A stretch of DNA of 31,184 nt from Prochlorococcus sp. AG-679-M23 (GTDB lineage: Bacteria; Cyanobacteriota; Cyanobacteriia; PCC-6307; Cyanobiaceae), in NCBI GenBank assembly GCA_003208875.1, contig QCUR01000008.1, forward strand, positions 1-31,184, in the 5' to 3' direction. Positions 1-9,458 of the stretch are shown here, piece by piece (the first letter of the stretch is position 1; each line of letters starts with the position of its first letter). Position numbers and translations under genes: made by a program. Under the pieces are notes generated by a model. It did not search any database. It was not told the origin of the DNA and saw nothing but the letters and a program-made list of their open reading frames with translations.

Positions 1-694
1 GATTTAAGTCGCCTTTATGATCAACAAAATCAAATCTTATTAAATTTAGATTTTTTGATACATCAGGTATTTTTAGAATGCTTTTCGGATGGAACACTCT
101 ATGAGCATTGAAAAATATCATATCTTTAAAACCAATTGGAAAACTTAAATAAAATGTACCATCTTTATTTAGTAATGAAATTAGATTTTTTATGCCTTTA
201 ATATGTCCATCTATATCAATTGGATCTTTATATCTACCTAAACCGAAGTGCTCAATTGCATGTAAACAAGATAAAGAATCTGTTTTCTCAATATCTTGCG
301 GATTCATCAAATCTGCTTGAATAAATTTAATGTTTTTATGAATAGATTTGTTTAACGGTCTGATATCAAGTACTTCGATTTTTCTAAATGAAGCTACATG
401 ACTAACAAAACCGTCTATTCTTGAACCTACATCAATATGTTTTTTAGGTTTTGCATTAAATATAAGGTGGGCAATATGTAAATCCTGGTGAAAATATTCT
501 CCTTTTGCATAACCAGCATCTTCTTCAAAATTATTTAAGAAAATGAATCTTTTATCGATCTTACCTCCTTGCCTTAACCATTGATTTTCTGATTCTAGAT
601 ATCTTGGAATGTATCTTAAATTAAGTAAGTTTTTTGGATTTAGATTTATTGATATAAATATTCTATAAAAAAATTTTAGGAATGTCTTAATCAT
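1..694 (-). CDS. DUF268-family SAM-dependent methyltransferase-like protein (3' end runs off the window)
   Basis: Not in the ORF track. Manual translation from ATG at 694-692 is open to the left edge: MIKTFLKFFYR...YFHQDL...HIDVGSRIDGFVSHVASFRKIEVLDIRP...SLSCLHAIEHFGLGRYKDPIDIDGH...FYLSFPIG...FNAHRVF. IDVGS is a SAM motif-I-like sequence and EHFGLGRYxDPID is typical of DUF268. Confidence 0.85.
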   Translation of the reverse strand, partial: MIKTFLKFFYRIFISINLNPKNLLNLRYIPRYLESENQWLRQGGKIDKRFIFLNNFEEDAGYAKGEYFHQDLHIAHLIFNAKPKKHIDVGSRIDGFVSHVASFRKIEVLDIRPLNKSIHKNIKFIQADLMNPQDIEKTDSLSCLHAIEHFGLGRYKDPIDIDGHIKGIKNLISLLNKDGTFYLSFPIGFKDMIFFNAHRVFHPKSILKIPDVSKNLNLIRFDFVDHKGDLN

Positions 695-707
695 AATATT
701 TTCTAGA

Positions 708-2609
708 TCATTTCCATATCTTATTACTTAATGATGTTTTCCAAATCAAAGGTAATATTTTCATCCAAGTTTGATAACCATTATCAAATGTTGGTTCTTT
801 TAAAAAATGAAATTTTTCCCAGGCTTTTTTTGAAGTTTTATAGTGAAAACTATCTTTATTGTTTTCAATAATATATTCAACTTCATCTTTTAGATTACCC
901 TTAAACCAATCTTGACAAGGGGCATTCCATCCAATCTTATCTCTTCTAAGTCTTACCGAATCTAATAAGATATTATCAAGGGCATCTCTTTGTATCCTTT
1001 TAGTAAAAGTATTACCTAATTTACTTTGTAAAGGTAATGAAAATGAATTGCAAACTAAACGCCAATCCATGAAGGGCATTCTGATTTCAACCCCACTTGC
1101 CATAGAATATTTATCATAATTACGAAGTAGTGTTGGAAGAATTGTGTAGTGAAAAATTTCAAAGATTACTTGACTAAATGAATCCATTTCTAAATAACAA
1201 GGATGCTCATGCAAATCATTATCAAAATATGATGGACTAATTCTAAAGGGATTTAACTTATACTTGCTAACTCTGCTTAAACTTTTATAACTACTAAAAA
1301 GTAGATTATTGAATATATTTCTTAACTTATATTTGACCCATTTTCTTTTTACCTTTTTTTCTTTTAATGAAAAAATACCAGATTTTGTTGACTCTTCAAT
1401 TGCAATTAATTCACGAATATGTTTAAGATTGAATGAGCTTGAGATGGCCTTTTTTATATGATCATATCCACTAAAAAGTTCATCGGCACCATGACCATCT
1501 AATGTTACATTTATTCCACTAGCCTTTATTTCTTTATAGGTATTAAGCATAGGAAATGGCATTGATAAATAAGGATCTTCAACCATAGCAATTGATTCAA
1601 TTAATGAAAAAGGATATTTAGATGGATTAAAAACTATTTCTTTAAAAGGTATTGATAAATCATCAGCAACTCTTTTAGCCCAAACTGTCTCATCATTTGA
1701 AGTTCCTGGGAAAGATGAGCAAAAGGCATGTTGCCAATCATTACAGAAATATTCTTCTTTATTATTTTTTGAGATGAAGGACATTGCTGAGACAATTGAA
1801 CTGGAATCAAGTCCTCCACTCAAAGCACTACCAATTGAAACATCAGAACGCATTCTTAATTTTACTGAATCTAAAAACAAATATTTCCATTCTTCAACTT
1901 GATCCTCATATTTATCTTTTCTTTTTGAAATATGATCTAATGTGTTCCAATATCGTTTGGTTTTGATTAATCCATCTTCAAAAACCAAGTAATGACCACT
2001 CTTTAATTTTTTTATTCCATCTATACAGCATTCTTCTGTAGCCTCATAATTAAAAATAGATCTTAAAAAATGATCAATATTTTTAGAGGGATTTATTGAA
2101 TCAAGAAAAGGTGTAATTGACTTCATTTCTGAGGCAAAAATTAACGATTCTGATTGATTTGCATAATATAAAGGTTTAATTCCAAATCTATCTCTTGACA
2201 AAATTCCCTTTTGTAATTTTCTATCCCAAAGACAAAAAGACCACATTCCATTGCACTTTAGTTGAAATTCTGGCCCTTCATTAATCAAGCCCAATAATAA
2301 AACTTCAGTATCTGTTTTTGTTTTAAATACGCAACCTTTTTTTTGAAGTTCTTTTTTTAATTCTATAAAATTATAAATTTCGCCATTAAATGAAATTACA
2401 TACCTTTTATCTGAAGAAAAAAATGGTTGTGAACCTTGAGTTGAGAGATCAATAATGGATAATCTTGTATGACAAATTGTGATAGGGAACTCTCCTTCAT
2501 CAGAAAGCCAAAACCCGTCAGAATCTGGACCTCTGTGTTTGAGCTTTTCTATGATTTTCTTTGCAATTGTTGGAGATCTTTTTCCAATTATTCCACCTAT
2601 CCCGCACAT
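708..2609 (-). CDS. asnB: Asparagine synthase (glutamine-hydrolysing) family amidotransferase, polysaccharide-locus type
   Basis: N-terminal MCGI (Ntn nucleophile Cys), HRGPD, RLSIIDL, NGEIYN, RDRFGIKPLYY, PP-loop SGGLDSS, DGHGADELFSGY, E-x-R-x-PF. Confidence 0.93.
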   Translation of the reverse strand: MCGIGGIIGKRSPTIAKKIIEKLKHRGPDSDGFWLSDEGEFPITICHTRLSIIDLSTQGSQPFFSSDKRYVISFNGEIYNFIELKKELQKKGCVFKTKTDTEVLLLGLINEGPEFQLKCNGMWSFCLWDRKLQKGILSRDRFGIKPLYYANQSESLIFASEMKSITPFLDSINPSKNIDHFLRSIFNYEATEECCIDGIKKLKSGHYLVFEDGLIKTKRYWNTLDHISKRKDKYEDQVEEWKYLFLDSVKLRMRSDVSIGSALSGGLDSSSIVSAMSFISKNNKEEYFCNDWQHAFCSSFPGTSNDETVWAKRVADDLSIPFKEIVFNPSKYPFSLIESIAMVEDPYLSMPFPMLNTYKEIKASGINVTLDGHGADELFSGYDHIKKAISSSFNLKHIRELIAIEESTKSGIFSLKEKKVKRKWVKYKLRNIFNNLLFSSYKSLSRVSKYKLNPFRISPSYFDNDLHEHPCYLEMDSFSQVIFEIFHYTILPTLLRNYDKYSMASGVEIRMPFMDWRLVCNSFSLPLQSKLGNTFTKRIQRDALDNILLDSVRLRRDKIGWNAPCQDWFKGNLKDEVEYIIENNKDSFHYKTSKKAWEKFHFLKEPTFDNGYQTWMKILPLIWKTSLSNKIWK

Positions 2610-2683
2610 TTTATTATTTTTACTATTTTATTTAGTATAGTATTAGTTGTTTTAATTTTATTAATTTTTTATAAATTTAAATA

Positions 2684-3751
2684 CTAACTATTGAGATTTC
2701 TTATTTTTAAATTTGTAAACTTAGTGAATATATTTAAAATTGTTTTATCTAAAAAGTAATAAATCAAAATATGTTTAATTTTTCTAATAAAAGATTTTTT
2801 ATGTTTTCTTTTTTTTAGTTTAATTTCTTTATGCTTATATACGTTTAAATTATGCCAGGTTCTTGGAGATAAGTTACCATCATTAACCTGAATCCAATTT
2901 TCTGGAGTTATTAAAAGGATATCCCATAATGATAGTATCGGACAAATTATCTGCCCCTCTGATAAATATCCTGCCCACCAGCTAAAAGTTGATGTATTGG
3001 TTATTATAAAATCCCCATGACTCATTATTGCTACAGTTTCCCAAGCTGTAGAACATAAATTATCAGCTAATATTAGTTTATAATTTTTTTCATCAAATAA
3101 TTTTTGAAGTAAATTAAATATTTTTGAATTTTTTTTATCTTTGTTAAACATATCTGAAAAAAGATAAATATTTTTTATCTTTCTATTTTCTTTTTTTAAT
3201 CTATTTTCAATAATTTCTAAAGATCTTTGATAATATTTTATATTTAAATTATCTTTATCTTTTAAAGGAATATTATTTCTTGAGGCTTGTAATTCTCTAA
3301 TATGTAAGGAAATAAATTCTTCTGATGATTTGTGAGTTTCGTTATAAGTTTTTTTTGAATATTCTTTAATAATATTCTTTAAATTTTCATTATGTATTTT
3401 GTAATTTTGGAAATAACCTGATAGAACTATATCTTGTTTTGGTAAATAATTAGTTTCTGGATAATAACTGAAATAAGCCGGATGTATAATTTGTTCTTCG
3501 TTTAATAAAGGCCATTTTTCTATCTTCTTAGAATTAATAAATTTAATTCCTAATTCTTCTGCTATTCCTGTGACCTCATTTTTTCTATTGCCGTCAAGTA
3601 ATCTGTCTGTATACAGTGGAATCCTATTATGGATTTTTGCAAACATAAAACATGCTGATAGTTGAAATAATTGATTTCCAAGCCCTCCAACAAGTTCTAC
3701 AGCAATTTGTAGCTTATCTTTTTCTTTTAATTCTTTAACCAAAACAGGCAT
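2684..3751 (-). CDS. Alpha-1,2-fucosyltransferase-like glycosyltransferase (GT11)
   Basis: GT11 motifs GGLGNQLFQ, LSGYFQN, LHIR, YLFSD and STFSWWAGYL. Confidence 0.85.
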   Translation of the reverse strand: MPVLVKELKEKDKLQIAVELVGGLGNQLFQLSACFMFAKIHNRIPLYTDRLLDGNRKNEVTGIAEELGIKFINSKKIEKWPLLNEEQIIHPAYFSYYPETNYLPKQDIVLSGYFQNYKIHNENLKNIIKEYSKKTYNETHKSSEEFISLHIRELQASRNNIPLKDKDNLNIKYYQRSLEIIENRLKKENRKIKNIYLFSDMFNKDKKNSKIFNLLQKLFDEKNYKLILADNLCSTAWETVAIMSHGDFIITNTSTFSWWAGYLSEGQIICPILSLWDILLITPENWIQVNDGNLSPRTWHNLNVYKHKEIKLKKRKHKKSFIRKIKHILIYYFLDKTILNIFTKFTNLKIRNLNS

Positions 3752-3784
3752 AATAAAATATAAAATATATTAAAATATCAAATA

Positions 3785-3795
3785 AAATTAGCATA
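3785..3795 (-). promoter_or_regulatory. Putative extended -10 promoter (TATGCTAATTT) for the GT11 gene
   Basis: Minus strand reads TATG-C-TAATTT (TRTGn-TAnnnT), 33 nt upstream of the ATG at 3751. Confidence 0.35.
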
Positions 3796-3860
3796 TTAAT
3801 CTAAAAATTTGTAATTCTTAATTAGAAAATTACCTTCTATGAATTCCTTAATTTTACAAA

Positions 3861-4823
3861 TTAAAATTCATATACAAGCTTTAATCTTTCATTAGGTTTG
3901 GCCTTTTCCCACTTTAAATAAAAATCTCTGCCTAGATAATAGCAATGTTTTTTTACCCTAGGAGATATAAAATTTGGATTAAGATGCTCGTTTAAATATG
4001 CATCAGAGTAGAAGAGATTTTTAATATTTTTATTAAATAAACAAGCACCAATTGCAAAAGTTCCTACACCAGAAGTCGCAACATTTTTTGAGTTTGCTAT
4101 AAGAGAGAAATCATTCTTTAAGGAACTTGAGATTGTCTTTTTAACATCAAAAATCTTGTATAGTTCATTTATTATTGGATTTAGTGTGCTTGGTTCATGA
4201 ACTATTATTATACTTTTATAATATTTATTGAGCCATTTATAGTAACTTATAGGATTGCTGATGTGATTTAAATTTTTGGGTGGAATTGTATCACCTCCCC
4301 TAAGATGTAAAACGCAAATATCATTTTTTTGATGAATTTTAATATTATTTATCTCTTTGGAGAGAATTAAACTTTTTAAAGCAGGTCTAATATCTTCCAC
4401 TAATTCCGGCAGCATTGATAGGAATTTATTTTTTGAAAGATATGCATCCCTGAAAATCCTGTTGGACATAAAAGAGTTTCTAAAAAACTTGTGATAAAAT
4501 CTTGTAAAAAGGTACATATTATTCTTAATCAATATTTTGTTTAAAATTAATTTCTGATTAGACTTATTATTAATATCTATAAATCCTGGTAAAGCTTTAA
4601 AAATAATATCTTTTTTATAAGCTTCTAAAAATTCATCCTCAAGAATAAAGTTGTAACCAAAAACTTTAAAATGAGCAACAAGCAATAACAATTGCTGAAT
4701 ATTATTACCTAATCTGCCATATTGTGTAGCCTTAATTATCAATTCTTTCTTGATATAAATAAAGCATTTTACTTTTATACGATATAAAATTTTTTTTAAA
4801 ATTCCTTTAATTTTTTTTATCAT
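3861..4823 (-). CDS. Hypothetical protein, divergent GT11-like (GDP-sugar-dependent GT-B) glycosyltransferase
   Basis: GRLGNNIQQ resembles the GT11 G-x-LGN-Q motif, VLHLRGGD resembles HxRxGD, and NDF...GVGTF resembles D...STF. Lies beside a clear GT11. Confidence 0.55.
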   Translation of the reverse strand: MIKKIKGILKKILYRIKVKCFIYIKKELIIKATQYGRLGNNIQQLLLLVAHFKVFGYNFILEDEFLEAYKKDIIFKALPGFIDINNKSNQKLILNKILIKNNMYLFTRFYHKFFRNSFMSNRIFRDAYLSKNKFLSMLPELVEDIRPALKSLILSKEINNIKIHQKNDICVLHLRGGDTIPPKNLNHISNPISYYKWLNKYYKSIIIVHEPSTLNPIINELYKIFDVKKTISSSLKNDFSLIANSKNVATSGVGTFAIGACLFNKNIKNLFYSDAYLNEHLNPNFISPRVKKHCYYLGRDFYLKWEKAKPNERLKLVYEF

Positions 4824-4828
4824 CTATA

Positions 4829-6610
4829 TCAAATACTATTTTCTAATTTTAATTCGTCTCCTGTAATTATTCTTGCAATCTTTCCATCTTTAAATTCGAT
4901 AACCTTATCACACATCTCTAATGTCTTTAATCTATGAGCAATTACAAATAAAGTTAGTTTTTTAGAAAATTTATCAATATTTTTAATTAATTTTTTTTCT
5001 GTAATATTATCTAGGGCACTAGTAGCCTCATCCAGAATCAGTAAATCTAAGTCTTTATAGAATGCTCTAGCTATTCCTAATCTTTGTATTTGGCCTCCAC
5101 TTAAACTTATACCTTCTTCTCCTACTATTGTATGAAATCCATCTTTTGTGGAATTAATGTAATCTAAAAGACAAGCTTTATTCGCTGCACTTTTTGCTTT
5201 TTTTAAGTCTACCTGATCTTTTTCTTGAAATAATGCAATATTTTCAAGAATTGTACTGTCATGTAGATAAATTTTTTGAGGTACATGACCAATTTTTTTT
5301 CTCCAACTGATAATATTTTGATTACAAGATTCATCAAATATATCAATTTCATTGGCAAAGATACTTCCACTTTGTGGCCTTAATAAACCCATTAAGATAT
5401 TAATAAATGTAGTTTTACCACTTCCAGTTTTACCCATTAAACCTATTTTTTCTCCTCTATTAATAGTAAAACTAATATTTTCAAGAGAATTCTTTAAACT
5501 TTGTGGATATTTAAAACTTATATTTCTAACTTGAATTGGTCCGCTGTAGTTAAATAAATTCGCATCTTGATTATGCTTATTTATTTTTAATTCGAGAAGT
5601 TTAAGAACTTTTTCATAGCCTTTGTTATATGAGATAAGGTTTGTCCAAGAAGAATAAATGTTTTGTATAGCAGGTAAAAGTTTTTGCGCCCCTAAAGCAA
5701 AAGAACCTAAGAATGCTAGACCATTAATATTATTTTGATTAATTGAGATTGAATAACCTATTATAGATAAAATTGTGAATCCTAAAGCTTCAATAATGAA
5801 TTTTGGAGATTGAGCAAGTAAGCTAACTATACTTTGATACTTTCTTGCAATCCCTACAGATTTTTCAAATTTTCCTGTATGGTAACCATTATTATTTTCT
5901 AAAATTACATTTTTAATGGATCCTAAGCCTTCTTGCAGTATCTGAACAATATCCTTGTTAGCGTTAACTTCTATTTGTCCGTACCTAGATATCTTTTTGT
6001 TTATGTTAGAGGTGATAATTATATAAATAAAAACAATAATAAATGATATTAATATTGTTAATCTAGCATTTACGATTAAAAGAGCTGTTATTATTCCGAA
6101 GGCTATAAAAATATTAAAAAATATATATAGTAGTTGATCTATAAATCCAACCGATTTATCTACATGAGTTGTTAGATCAGAGATTAATTCACTACTATTT
6201 TTGTAAATATGATATTCATAATCTTGACTTAGAACATTTCTAAATGATTTTTTACTAATCTCTTTTATAAAAGAAACTCTGAATTTTGTATTTATCCATA
6301 AATTTGTAACTCTAATTATTGTGCTTAAAAATAATATTGAGATAAATATTATTAAGCTTTGCAATTCAAATCCTGAGGTTTGTTTTGCTCCTAAAATCTT
6401 TAAGAAGAAACTAAGCTCTTTTGATTGATAGATTGATTGAGATGCAGTAAGTGATGCTAAAAAAATACCTACAGTTCCAATAGTAAGAAACTCAAAATAA
6501 CCTGTAAATATATTTAGAATAAAAATGAATAAAAATTGCCACCTTTTTCTTATACTAAAATTTTTAAAAGTCTTGAAAATTGATTTCCTGAGATCTTTTG
6601 TTGTACTCAT
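4829..6610 (-). CDS. ABC transporter fused permease/ATPase, PglK/Wzk/HepA-like lipid-linked glycan flippase
   Basis: N-terminal hydrophobic TM segments, Walker A GKTGSGKTT, Q-loop HVPQ, signature LSGGQ, Walker B LLILDEATSALD, H-loop IAHR. Start overlaps the GT32 stop by 4 bp (ATGA). Confidence 0.88.
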   Translation of the reverse strand: MSTTKDLRKSIFKTFKNFSIRKRWQFLFIFILNIFTGYFEFLTIGTVGIFLASLTASQSIYQSKELSFFLKILGAKQTSGFELQSLIIFISILFLSTIIRVTNLWINTKFRVSFIKEISKKSFRNVLSQDYEYHIYKNSSELISDLTTHVDKSVGFIDQLLYIFFNIFIAFGIITALLIVNARLTILISFIIVFIYIIITSNINKKISRYGQIEVNANKDIVQILQEGLGSIKNVILENNNGYHTGKFEKSVGIARKYQSIVSLLAQSPKFIIEALGFTILSIIGYSISINQNNINGLAFLGSFALGAQKLLPAIQNIYSSWTNLISYNKGYEKVLKLLELKINKHNQDANLFNYSGPIQVRNISFKYPQSLKNSLENISFTINRGEKIGLMGKTGSGKTTFINILMGLLRPQSGSIFANEIDIFDESCNQNIISWRKKIGHVPQKIYLHDSTILENIALFQEKDQVDLKKAKSAANKACLLDYINSTKDGFHTIVGEEGISLSGGQIQRLGIARAFYKDLDLLILDEATSALDNITEKKLIKNIDKFSKKLTLFVIAHRLKTLEMCDKVIEFKDGKIARIITGDELKLENSI

Positions 6611-7470
6611 TTGATAAATTTTAATAATTCAATTTTCAAATTTTTTAATATAAATTTTATTTTCAAAAATATTCTTTTTAATATATTTCCTTTCATCCAA
6701 CTTACTTCCCAATAATGTATACCAATAGTTTTTTCATTAATAAATTTCATAATTTCTATATTTGAAGAAATCAAGAAATTTGGCCAAGGATAAAAGTAAT
6801 TGGTAGGCAGTATTAAACATTTATCTTTATATTCCTTTTTTAGTTGAAAATATTCTTTTGTTACAAGATCTGCGCCAGAAGATTTCAAAATATCAAGAGA
6901 AGATGTTTGATCCTTAGGCTTAGAAATATTATTTATTATTTTTGAAATTAACAATGAATTGGGTTTTGCAAGAATTGCACCATTTGCAATTTGAGGTGTA
7001 TTTTTAAAAACTATGCAAGATATAAAATCGTAGTGACAAAATTTTTCAGGTATTTTGCTTATGCATTCTAAATCTGTATCTATATATAAACCTCCGTATT
7101 TATATAAAATTTCATACCTCAAAATATCACTTTTAAATCCTATATTATTTATATCGTCAAATAACTTTTGGTTAATTAAATTAATATCTTTTAGATCATT
7201 ATTTGTCCATAATTTATATTCCCAACTTTTATTTAAAGACTTCCAAGATTTCATCCATCTTTTGTATTTATTTGGGACAGGTCTTGGACCAATCCAAATT
7301 TGATGAATAATTTTTGGGATTTTATCATTATAATCTAAATCAATATTTAAAAAATTATCGTACTGTTTTGCAAGTTCAATCCATTTTTTTTTATCTTTAA
7401 AATCTCTTACAAAATTCCAATGGAATTTGTTTTCAGCAGCAAATGAACTTTCAAAGAATAAATCTTCCAT
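6607..7470 (-). CDS. Glycosyltransferase family 32 (DXD, OCH1-like)
   Basis: IPKIIHQIW, SDILRYEILYKYGGLYIDTD (DXD) and C-terminal IHYWEVSW are characteristic of GT32. Confidence 0.88.
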   Translation of the reverse strand: MEDLFFESSFAAENKFHWNFVRDFKDKKKWIELAKQYDNFLNIDLDYNDKIPKIIHQIWIGPRPVPNKYKRWMKSWKSLNKSWEYKLWTNNDLKDINLINQKLFDDINNIGFKSDILRYEILYKYGGLYIDTDLECISKIPEKFCHYDFISCIVFKNTPQIANGAILAKPNSLLISKIINNISKPKDQTSSLDILKSSGADLVTKEYFQLKKEYKDKCLILPTNYFYPWPNFLISSNIEIMKFINEKTIGIHYWEVSWMKGNILKRIFLKIKFILKNLKIELLKFIK

Positions 7471-7482
7471 AAAATTTTATAA

Positions 7483-8382
7483 TCAAATGTAGGGATTCTT
7501 TGGAAGGATATTATAGTTCCATTTGAATTTACTTAATTTTTGTTTAGTTTTGAAATCAGGAACTTCTTTAAATAAAATGGCAGATAATATAGAACTTTCC
7601 TCGAACCCTAAAAAGGTTAATAAATCTTGAATTATTATGGTTTTTTTCATAAATTGAATTTTTAGTATGTCTTTTATATTTTTGCTATTTAATTTTATTG
7701 ATTCTCCACCATTTATATAAAAATCATTGATTTTTTTAAAAGCAACATGTCTATAGTGCATGCCAAGTAGAAATTTTTCAATTTCTCTTTCATTAACAGA
7801 ATATATAAAATTACCAACAGTCTCAAATCCATAACCTTTATTAAAAAGTTTATTACCTTTAAGTATTTTCAGGATCAATTTTGCTTTTCTAGTTATTGTT
7901 TTTCTTATCCCTTTTTTGGTAAAAGTATCATTCGGTTCAATTAAAACAACTCCTTTTTTACAAACTCTAAAGGCTTCATGCAATGCAAGCCAAGGCCTAG
8001 GGCAATGATGAAATGCCTCTTTTATAAGAACATAATCAAAGGATTCGTCTTCAAAAGATAGATTTTCAGCATTCTCTTCGCTGAATGAATTAATAAACCC
8101 ACGTTCATTACCTATTCTCAATAAATTATCAGACATATCTGAAGCATGTGCTTGATCTCCATTTCTTAAAATATAGTTTGCTTCTGTGCCATATCTTCCA
8201 TCACCAACTGTTAGCCAGACATTTTCCCCCGTAATTAATGCATTTATTCCATGAAGCATTCTTTCATGTCTCCATTTATCTAAAGTGTCTTCCCGCAACC
8301 AATTCTCGGCTATTTTTTTTCTTTCCAAATTATTAGCACACTCTTTCCATTCTTCTTTTTGTTTGTCATAAGTTATTTTCAT
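7483..8382 (-). CDS. Class I SAM-dependent methyltransferase
   Basis: Motif-I-like WLTVGDGRYG, ASD, ENAENLSFEDESFDYV, AFHH-x-PRP-x-x-AL-x-E-x-x-RV, VVLIEP. Confidence 0.82.
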   Translation of the reverse strand: MKITYDKQKEEWKECANNLERKKIAENWLREDTLDKWRHERMLHGINALITGENVWLTVGDGRYGTEANYILRNGDQAHASDMSDNLLRIGNERGFINSFSEENAENLSFEDESFDYVLIKEAFHHCPRPWLALHEAFRVCKKGVVLIEPNDTFTKKGIRKTITRKAKLILKILKGNKLFNKGYGFETVGNFIYSVNEREIEKFLLGMHYRHVAFKKINDFYINGGESIKLNSKNIKDILKIQFMKKTIIIQDLLTFLGFEESSILSAILFKEVPDFKTKQKLSKFKWNYNILPKNPYI

Positions 8383-8447
8383 CTAAATATAAAAATCTCA
8401 AACAAATATATATAAACTATAACTTATCTTCATTTGAAATAAACATT

Positions 8448-8498
8448 TATGATAGTTTAATTCATGAAATTTATCTAGTTGACAACTTTCTTTAGGAG
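8448..8498 (+). promoter_or_regulatory. Putative extended -10 (TATGATAGTTT, 8448-8458) and Shine-Dalgarno AGGAG (8494-8498) for galE-like gene
   Basis: TRTGn-TAnnnT match in the divergent intergenic region; AGGAG ends 9 nt before the ATG at 8508. Confidence 0.45.
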
Positions 8499-8507
8499 TT
8501 AAATAAT

Positions 8508-9458
8508 ATGAAAGTTTTAATTACAGGAGCCTCAGGCTATGTAGGCAGTCAAACTTGTAAATCTTTTAAAAAAAGTTCTTTTTATGTATATGCAGTTGAT
8601 AGAAATGAAATTAAACATAAATATTTTGATGAAAAAATAAAATCTGATTTATCAAATATAGAATTATTTGATATTTTGCAGAAAGTTGATTGTGTTGTTC
8701 ACTTAGCAAGTTCCAATTTAGTAGCTCCAAGTATTTCTTCACCTGATAAATATTATGAAAATAACGTTTCTTCAACTATCCAATTTTTAAATGCTTGTTT
8801 AGAAGCTGAAGTTGAAAAGTTTATTTTTGCTAGCTCTGCAGCAGTTTACGGTAATTCAAAAAAAGAAGTATTAAGTGAAGATGATTTTTGTTCACCATCT
8901 AATCCTTATGGTTGGAGTAAATTTATGATTGAAGTAATCCTTAATGATTATGCAAATGCCTATAATTTTCAGAGTATAAGTTTGAGATTCTTTAATGTTG
9001 CTGGAGCTGACACAGAAAATGAGTTAGGACAAGAAAAATCATCAACTCATATTATTTCCAGACTTCTTGAAAAATCATTTTCGGGAGAAGAATTTATTTT
9101 AAATGGAAATAATTTTGATACTAAGGATGGAACCTGCATTAGAGATTATGTACATGTGGAAGATGTCGCTTCAGGTATTTTAAAAGCTGCTAGACATAAA
9201 TCTTTTGCAAGGAAAGCAAATATTTTTAATCTAGGAGAAGGAATTGGATTCAGCAATCTTGAGATTATTGATTCTATAAGGAAAAATACAGACTTGAAAC
9301 CTCAAATTAAGATTGGTCCTCCTTTACAAGGAGATGTGCAAAGATTAGTAGCTAATACTTTTAAAGTAAAAAAAGAATTAGGATGGGAACCTAAATATAA
9401 TCTCAGTAAAATTGTTTCTAGTGCTTATGAGTGGAGTAAAAGGAATAAATTTTTATAA
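8508..9458 (+). CDS. galE: UDP-glucose 4-epimerase (GalE-like extended SDR), copy 1
   Basis: TGASGYVGS, FASSAAVYG, catalytic YGWSK, LRFFNVAGA, DGTCIRDYVHVED. Confidence 0.85.
   Translation: MKVLITGASGYVGSQTCKSFKKSSFYVYAVDRNEIKHKYFDEKIKSDLSNIELFDILQKVDCVVHLASSNLVAPSISSPDKYYENNVSSTIQFLNACLEAEVEKFIFASSAAVYGNSKKEVLSEDDFCSPSNPYGWSKFMIEVILNDYANAYNFQSISLRFFNVAGADTENELGQEKSSTHIISRLLEKSFSGEEFILNGNNFDTKDGTCIRDYVHVEDVASGILKAARHKSFARKANIFNLGEGIGFSNLEIIDSIRKNTDLKPQIKIGPPLQGDVQRLVANTFKVKKELGWEPKYNLSKIVSSAYEWSKRNKFL

Noticed and set aside
1634..2687. Short ORFs 1634-1819, 1784-1966 and 2469-2687
   Set aside because: Alternate-frame or antisense shadows of asnB with no recognisable motifs.
3808..3860. Imperfect AT-rich inverted repeats downstream of the GT11-like gene as a terminator or NtcA site
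   Set aside because: Stems are almost all A/T, and the spacing does not fit GTA-N8-TAC.
8477..8487. AGTTGACAACT palindrome containing TTGACA
   Set aside because: Only 5-bp arms, and the TTGACA is too close to the ATG to be a convincing -35 for a leadered transcript.
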